From Candidatus Micrarchaeota archaeon (GTDB taxonomy: Archaea; Micrarchaeota; Micrarchaeia; Anstonellales; Bilamarchaeaceae): a DNA stretch of 24,590 bases. Numbering within the stretch: the first letter of the stretch is position 1; the number at the start of each line of letters is the position of its first letter. The DNA is taken from contig JBDRLQ010000013.1 of assembly GCA_043812915.1 (NCBI GenBank), positions 1-24,590 on the forward strand, in the 5' to 3' direction. The notes under the pieces are model-generated. The model searched no databases and had not been told where the DNA came from. It saw only the letters and a program-made list of their open reading frames with translations. Below are positions 24,581 to 24,590 of the stretch, piece by piece. Both the position numbers and the translations under genes were made by a program.

Positions 24581-24590
24581 TCGGTCACGT

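Overview
Archaeal chromosomal window (TFE, Sec61beta, PAC2 with HbYX tail, TATA/BRE promoters, GGTGA Shine-Dalgarno sites). A DPANN lineage such as Micrarchaeota is my inference, not something the sequence proves. The most striking feature is in the AT-rich first 2.1 kb. A complete 1.6-kb transposase-less cargo element (526-2134) is bounded by perfect 14-bp inverted repeats and flanked by a 22-23-bp hairpin-forming direct repeat that is the 3' end of uvrC. It is stacked in tandem against the right end of a second related element carrying a HEPN/TIGR02391 gene. The geometry resembles a casposon/CRISPR-like or att-site gene-cassette array built at uvrC. Housekeeping genes follow: uvrBAC, an atypical receiver protein, a YprB-like exonuclease, PAC2, Sec61beta, an HD hydrolase and purB. 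After these come an uncharacterised five-gene membrane operon around a VirB4/HerA-like ATPase, tfe with a basic N-terminal extension, and a GT4 glycosyltransferase. All calls are from motif reading; no database searches were run.
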